IMG/VR virus record: IMGVR_UViG_2889049205_000001
Span: 32,001 to 96,000 of that record
Source: a virus
Lineage: Duplodnaviria; Caudoviricetes
DNA: 64,000 bases
Reading direction: 5' to 3' (one strand)
Position numbers and translations under genes: made by a program
Notes under the pieces: generated by a model
Seen by the model: the letters and a program-made list of their open reading frames with translations, nothing else
Databases searched by the model: none
What the model was told of the DNA's origin: nothing
In this document: positions 60,726 to 64,000 of the stretch, piece after piece
Position numbering within the stretch: the first letter of the stretch is position 1
Layout: each line of letters opens with the position of its first letter

Positions 60726-60754
60726 ATAATAGCATGTCCAAAATGCAGATGCAA
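60726..60754 (-). promoter_or_regulatory. SigA-type promoter of parMR
   Basis: TTGCAT-N17-TATTAT with extended TG, directly upstream of the iterons. Confidence 0.65.
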
Positions 60755-60801
60755 GAACAATTTTCCATTAGAATTCGTCAGTATTTTTCGCTAAAAAACG
60801 C

Positions 60802-60829
60802 AAAAACAGCGGGTGTGCCGCCCGCTGTT
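60802..60829 (-). terminator. Intrinsic terminator
   Basis: Minus strand AACAGCGGG-CGGCACA-CCCGCTGTT followed by TTT. Confidence 0.8.
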
Positions 60830-60897
60830 AGTGCATTCCGTATTCAATGTGATCAGGAGGTGCTCCATGAACAAAGATCGATCAGTGACTATTAACA

Positions 60898-60913
60898 GTG
60901 TAATGCATTACAC
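60898..60913. promoter_or_regulatory. Perfect 16-bp palindrome GTGTAATGCATTACAC
   Basis: Read directly; related copies at 30775, 53445 and 61877. Confidence 0.7.
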
Positions 60914-60945
60914 CATTAAAATCAAGATTTAATTTGTCCATCATG

Positions 60946-60991
60946 CGAACCTTTGTTCCTATATTTTATAGGAGAACACATGTTCTGTAAA
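60946..60991 (-). promoter_or_regulatory. SigA promoter with two LexA/DinR (Cheo) boxes
   Basis: TTTACA-N17-TAAAAT. GAAC-N4-GTTC at 60974-60985 (in the spacer) and at 60947-60958 (around +1). Confidence 0.8.
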
Positions 60992-61002
60992 TAGGCCATA
61001 AT

Positions 61003-61034
61003 AAAATAAAAAATCCCCGATTATCTCGGAGATT
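61003..61034 (-). terminator. Intrinsic terminator of the tRNA operon
   Basis: Minus strand AATCTCCGA-GATAA-TCGGGGATT followed by TTTTATTTT. Confidence 0.75.
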
Positions 61035-61077
61035 GGTTATTGGAGGCGGCGATCGATACGACCTCCGCCGGACGCCC

Positions 61078-61314
61078 TTATTCAGCTGCTACGAAGACCT
61101 TTTCTACCTGGCCGTAAACGAACCCCGGTTGCTCTACGTTGTGCTCGATAAATGCTTTCGCATCGTCGTAGGTTTCAACAGGATCACTTTCGATCTTGTC
61201 GATGGCGAAAAAGCTTCCGTCTTTTGCTTCAGCGGGATGCATCTGCTCAAGGATTTCTGCAGGAATCTCGGATTTGACGCTTACCACGCCGATAAATTTT
61301 TCAATCAATGGCAT
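61078..61314 (-). CDS. Hypothetical acidic protein (78 aa)
   Basis: Start MPLIEK behind GAGGTG. The longer ORF-track start runs into tRNA-Pro. Confidence 0.7.
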   Translation of the reverse strand: MPLIEKFIGVVSVKSEIPAEILEQMHPAEAKDGSFFAIDKIESDPVETYDDAKAFIEHNVEQPGFVYGQVEKVFVAAE

Positions 61315-61349
61315 ATTGTTCACCTCATCCTTGGCAATGTAAATGGTTA

Positions 61350-61426
<77 letters not shown>

Positions 61427-61431
61427 ATACG

Positions 61432-61505
61432 GGCAGCGTGATCGGACTCGAACCGCACAACAATCCCCTTCCACAGGAGATGCTTTTCCGTTAAGCTAAC
61501 GCTGC
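61432..61505 (-). pseudogene. Degenerate tRNA (possibly His-derived)
   Basis: Acceptor GCAGCGT/ACGCTGC and GGTTCGA T-loop present, but the anticodon loop is out of register (TGTGGAA), the T-stem is imperfect and no CCA is encoded. Confidence 0.6.
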
Positions 61506-61508
61506 ATA

Positions 61509-61584
61509 TGGCTGACCGACCAGGGTTCGAACCTGGGACCCACGGATTAACAGTCCGTTGCTCTACCTGCTGAGCTATCGATCA
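61509..61584 (-). tRNA. tRNA-Asn(GUU)
   Basis: ACGGA-CTGTTAA-TCCGT anticodon arm, TTCGAAC loop, CCA end. Confidence 0.95.
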
Positions 61585-61588
61585 AAAT

Positions 61589-61662
61589 TGGCACCGGCTG
61601 AAGGATTCGAACCAACGCTGACGGTTTTGGAGACCGCTGTTCTACCATTGAACTAAGCCGAT
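61589..61662 (-). tRNA. tRNA-Trp(CCA)
   Basis: GCGGT-CTCCAAA-ACCGT anticodon arm and CCA end; two T-T mismatches in the T-stem. Confidence 0.9.
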
Positions 61663-61666
61663 ATGT

Positions 61667-61743
61667 TGGTTGCAGAGGAGGGATTCGAACCCCCGACCTT
61701 CTGGGCATGAGCCAGACGAGCTACCATGCTGCTCTACTCCGCT
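61667..61743 (-). tRNA. tRNA-Met(CAU), initiator-like
   Basis: TCTGG-CTCATGC-CCAGA anticodon arm, 1:72 mismatch, A11-U24, CCA end. Confidence 0.9.
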
Positions 61744-61863
61744 ATAATAAGGAGGTGCCCTCGCCCCGTTCAATAACGATCGAACCAATGTCCGGTCGCC
61801 TAACGAGGCGAGAACAACAAATGCCAGTACCTTCCGCAAGGAGGAACATGACTCGCCGAAATC

Positions 61864-61892
61864 AATATACCATATTGCGTAACGCATTACAA
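61864..61892 (-). promoter_or_regulatory. SigA-type promoter of tRNA operon overlapped by a palindrome variant
   Basis: TTGTAA-N17-TATATT with extended TG; GCGTAACGCATTACAA at 61877-61892. Confidence 0.7.
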
Positions 61893-61913
61893 CACTATGT
61901 TTTTTTTCTTGAA

Positions 61914-62072
61914 CTAACCAGCGAATGCTTCTTGTCTTTCATATTCTTGAAGCTCTTCTTCTCGGATTGCCGGTACGATTGCTTCCGGACGATTCAACAG
62001 AAGCATGAGAATAAAGTAAACGAGCCAGTGGCTGACGCCTGTCTTAACCAGTCGCCTGGTAATTGCTTTCAT
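61914..62072 (-). CDS. Small membrane protein (52 aa)
   Basis: MKAITRRLVKTGVSHWLVYFILMLLLNRPEAIV..., with a GGGGGTG RBS. Confidence 0.5.
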   Translation of the reverse strand: MKAITRRLVKTGVSHWLVYFILMLLLNRPEAIVPAIREEELQEYERQEAFAG

Positions 62073-62757
62073 AGGAACCACCCCCTTCCTCAAACTCGCA
62101 CATCATTTCCCGTTCGAAGCGATCATGAGGCATCTCTCGCTGCACCTGTGCCATTTCAGCCATCGTCAGCACCTCAATACTTGTAATTCGTCGTGCCATC
62201 TTTCCCTGCTCCCTGATGCGCCTGTAGAAGCTCTTGAACGCTGTCGGATGCGGCCCATTAATTGTGCCGACCATAATGACGTTGGCGATCATAAGCAGAT
62301 GGTCAAACTCTCTCCGGTCTTCCAGGAATTCTAAAACAGCCGGCATGTTCTCGGGATCCTCGAAAATAACCTCCTTGCTGTGGAACAGGTCATATCCCCT
62401 ATACTGCTGGTAGCTATAATTAGATACGATGTAGATGGTTTTTCCGTTGACGTATACCTCTTTGTATCCATTGCGCTGCGTGAGGACTTCGTACTCGTGG
62501 CCGAGCTCCCTGGCGATCTCAGTGAACCTATTCATTCGATGCGACGAGTCGAGGATCGAGGTTACGAGCACCGTATCCCGCTTATTCAGAATGGCTCTCT
62601 TGAGAATTGCTGTCGTCTTTCCGGTCGCCCTGCCAGCTATGATGCATTTGTTCTCTGCGTCCGCATTGATGAAGTCATCCCAGACTCTATATGCGTTGTC
62701 GCTTCGATACAGCCGATCTGCCGGATGCAGCTCCAAATACTGGTGTACGAGCTCCAT
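62044..62757 (-). CDS. Stand-alone terminase-like ATPase domain
   Basis: GRATGKTT, RG, VIFED, VGT and M....F.RE..CEF; no nuclease domain. Confidence 0.65.
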   Translation of the reverse strand: MELVHQYLELHPADRLYRSDNAYRVWDDFINADAENKCIIAGRATGKTTAILKRAILNKRDTVLVTSILDSSHRMNRFTEIARELGHEYEVLTQRNGYKEVYVNGKTIYIVSNYSYQQYRGYDLFHSKEVIFEDPENMPAVLEFLEDRREFDHLLMIANVIMVGTINGPHPTAFKSFYRRIREQGKMARRITSIEVLTMAEMAQVQREMPHDRFEREMMCEFEEGGGSYESNYQATG

Positions 62758-63127
62758 GAGCCACCTCCAGTCTCTCGAAGCGGGGCAGTGTCTCTCCGTT
62801 GACCTCAACTGACTCGTTCCACATGTCGAGCGGCCGAACCCAGATATCGCCCTCGTCGTTGACGTAGATCACCAGATCTTCGCCCTTCAGCTTCCGCATG
62901 GCCGGCAAGCTGCCGATGATATGCTGCGGCGTGATCCAGAAGTGGTCTTCACCCTCTTTCCACACCGCCAGCTTCTCATTCTTACCTTCGCTGTACTTGC
63001 CGATGCCGATCTGCCTGCAGCCTTTCATGAGCTCCTTGTCGCCGCCCTCCATATACGAGCCGACGCCGATCACCTTGTAGATTCCACCCTTGTAATGCTT
63101 GTAGTTTTCATTGGCTGTTGGTTTCAT
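62687..63127 (-). CDS. DUF1653-like protein
   Basis: YKHYKGG.YKV...LVIY...WVRP..M......PRF. Confidence 0.75.
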   Translation of the reverse strand: MKPTANENYKHYKGGIYKVIGVGSYMEGGDKELMKGCRQIGIGKYSEGKNEKLAVWKEGEDHFWITPQHIIGSLPAMRKLKGEDLVIYVNDEGDIWVRPLDMWNESVEVNGETLPRFERLEVAHGARTPVFGAASGRSAVSKRQRI

Positions 63128-63221
63128 GCCTTGTAGCCTCCCAGATTCTTAATAGAGCCGAAGGCTCTTCGATTTTTTATGAATAGCTAATTATTGCTCT
63201 TGTTTTCTCGAGATTCTTTGC

Positions 63222-63356
63222 TCACCATACGACCCAATGGATTAGCCGTGAAATTCCGCATCCTGCGACGACTGCACCAATTGTGATAATGAGAGCCCAT
63301 GCAATTCCAAGACAGACGCCGAGCCCTCTTTCATCCGCTTCTTTTCTGCTCATCAT
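63222..63356 (-). CDS. Small membrane protein (44 aa)
   Basis: MMSRKEADERGLGVCLGIAWALIITIGAVVAGCGISRLIHWVVW, with a GGAGG RBS. Confidence 0.55.
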   Translation of the reverse strand: MMSRKEADERGLGVCLGIAWALIITIGAVVAGCGISRLIHWVVW

Positions 63357-63793
63357 ATCGATAACCTCCCCGACATCGTAATGGTGTTGCCATCCCATTC
63401 AGGGACCTTCTCTCGCCTCATCACACGCCAGTCACCGGCCATCAGATCTTTCATCTGGGGTTGCCATAGGTGGCACTCCCCGCAGCCGTCAGACACAGCG
63501 TAGATACCGTCCTTTCGCATCTCCAGATAGATCCCGTCCATCCAGCTCAGCCGGATCACCTTATAGCCAGACGGCAACAGGCGCATGACAACGCTGAAAT
63601 CGAACCGATCCATATACTCCAGTTCGGTGTCGGGGCCGGCGGCGATCAAAACCTTCTCGCCTTTGTAACGAGAGTGCCAGAAGCCCGCCAGGGCTTGGGC
63701 GTCCTCGTAGCTCTCGCTCTTGGCGTGGTACACGCCATCATGTACGTGAGCTATGCCGTTTATCTTCCACAGATACGACTCCGCAAGCTCCAT
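63353..63793 (-). CDS. Protein with C-terminal DUF2829/Tad2-like domain
   Basis: F......L..G.KV.R..W....YL...W.P...DL.A.DW. Confidence 0.65.
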   Translation of the reverse strand: MELAESYLWKINGIAHVHDGVYHAKSESYEDAQALAGFWHSRYKGEKVLIAAGPDTELEYMDRFDFSVVMRLLPSGYKVIRLSWMDGIYLEMRKDGIYAVSDGCGECHLWQPQMKDLMAGDWRVMRREKVPEWDGNTITMSGRLSI

Positions 63794-63968
63794 CCGGATC
63801 TACCTGCCTTTCTATAACGTCGATCAGCCGATTGATGATCTTCAGATCCGGCTCCCTTGTTGCTTGCGTCATTTTAGGCACGAACAAACCGTGGTCCTCC
63901 ATGACCTTCGCAAGATCGTGGAAGTGTTCTGATGGAACGATGATCGTTACATGTCTGCGGTCGATCAT
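63738..63968 (-). CDS. Hypothetical protein
   Basis: 76-aa ORF with a GAGGG RBS. Confidence 0.5.
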   Translation of the reverse strand: MIDRRHVTIIVPSEHFHDLAKVMEDHGLFVPKMTQATREPDLKIINRLIDVIERQVDPDGACGVVSVEDKRHSSRT

Positions 63969-64000
63969 CGTTCCCTCTTCCCTCTCATGCGGCTCTATGT

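Larger units (their letters stand above)
60802..60957 (-). ncRNA. Candidate SOS-inducible small RNA (or micro-ORF transcript), ~155 nt
   Basis: Bounded by a LexA-boxed promoter and a terminator. Contains a hairpin with G-U pairs that form only on the minus strand. Confidence 0.5.

Noticed and set aside
61041-61076. GGCGG...CCGCC-TCCA minihelix resembling a tRNA/tmRNA 3' end
   Set aside because: No T-loop or other arms; too short to support a call.
61642-62186. ORF-track ORFs 61642-61887 (-) and 61707-62186 (+)
   Set aside because: They overlap tRNA genes and the promoter; the minus-strand one is tRNA sequence read in frame.

Overview
The window is a 64-kb piece of a large contractile-tailed (myovirus-type) phage genome from a Bacillales host; Paenibacillaceae is my inference from base composition, RBS style and LexA boxes. 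Nearly all genes are on the minus strand. In transcription order (right to left) they are: accessory genes (Tad2/DUF2829-like, DUF1653, a stand-alone terminase-like ATPase); a 5-gene tRNA cluster; a LexA-boxed short transcription unit; a complete ParM-ParR-parC partition cassette, suggesting a plasmid prophage; TerS, four small Gly/Ala-rich proteins and TerL; a portal-MuF fusion, protease/scaffold and capsid; collar/neck, sheath and tube paralogues and chaperones; three ~2000-aa proteins; baseplate; and modular fibre/receptor-binding proteins. The main discovery is the middle giant protein (16186-23109). It carries, in order, the motifs of a single-chain two-barrel RNA polymerase (beta-like and beta'-like halves, DxDGD, YonO/crAss/QDE-1-type C-terminal motifs). 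These are fused to an apparently intact N-terminal DEDDh exonuclease and a C-terminal hydrophobic helix, inside the tail operon. Second is an SOS-controlled ~155-nt transcript containing a hairpin copy of a palindrome that recurs at several phage promoters. All protein calls come from reading motifs by eye; no database searches were run.
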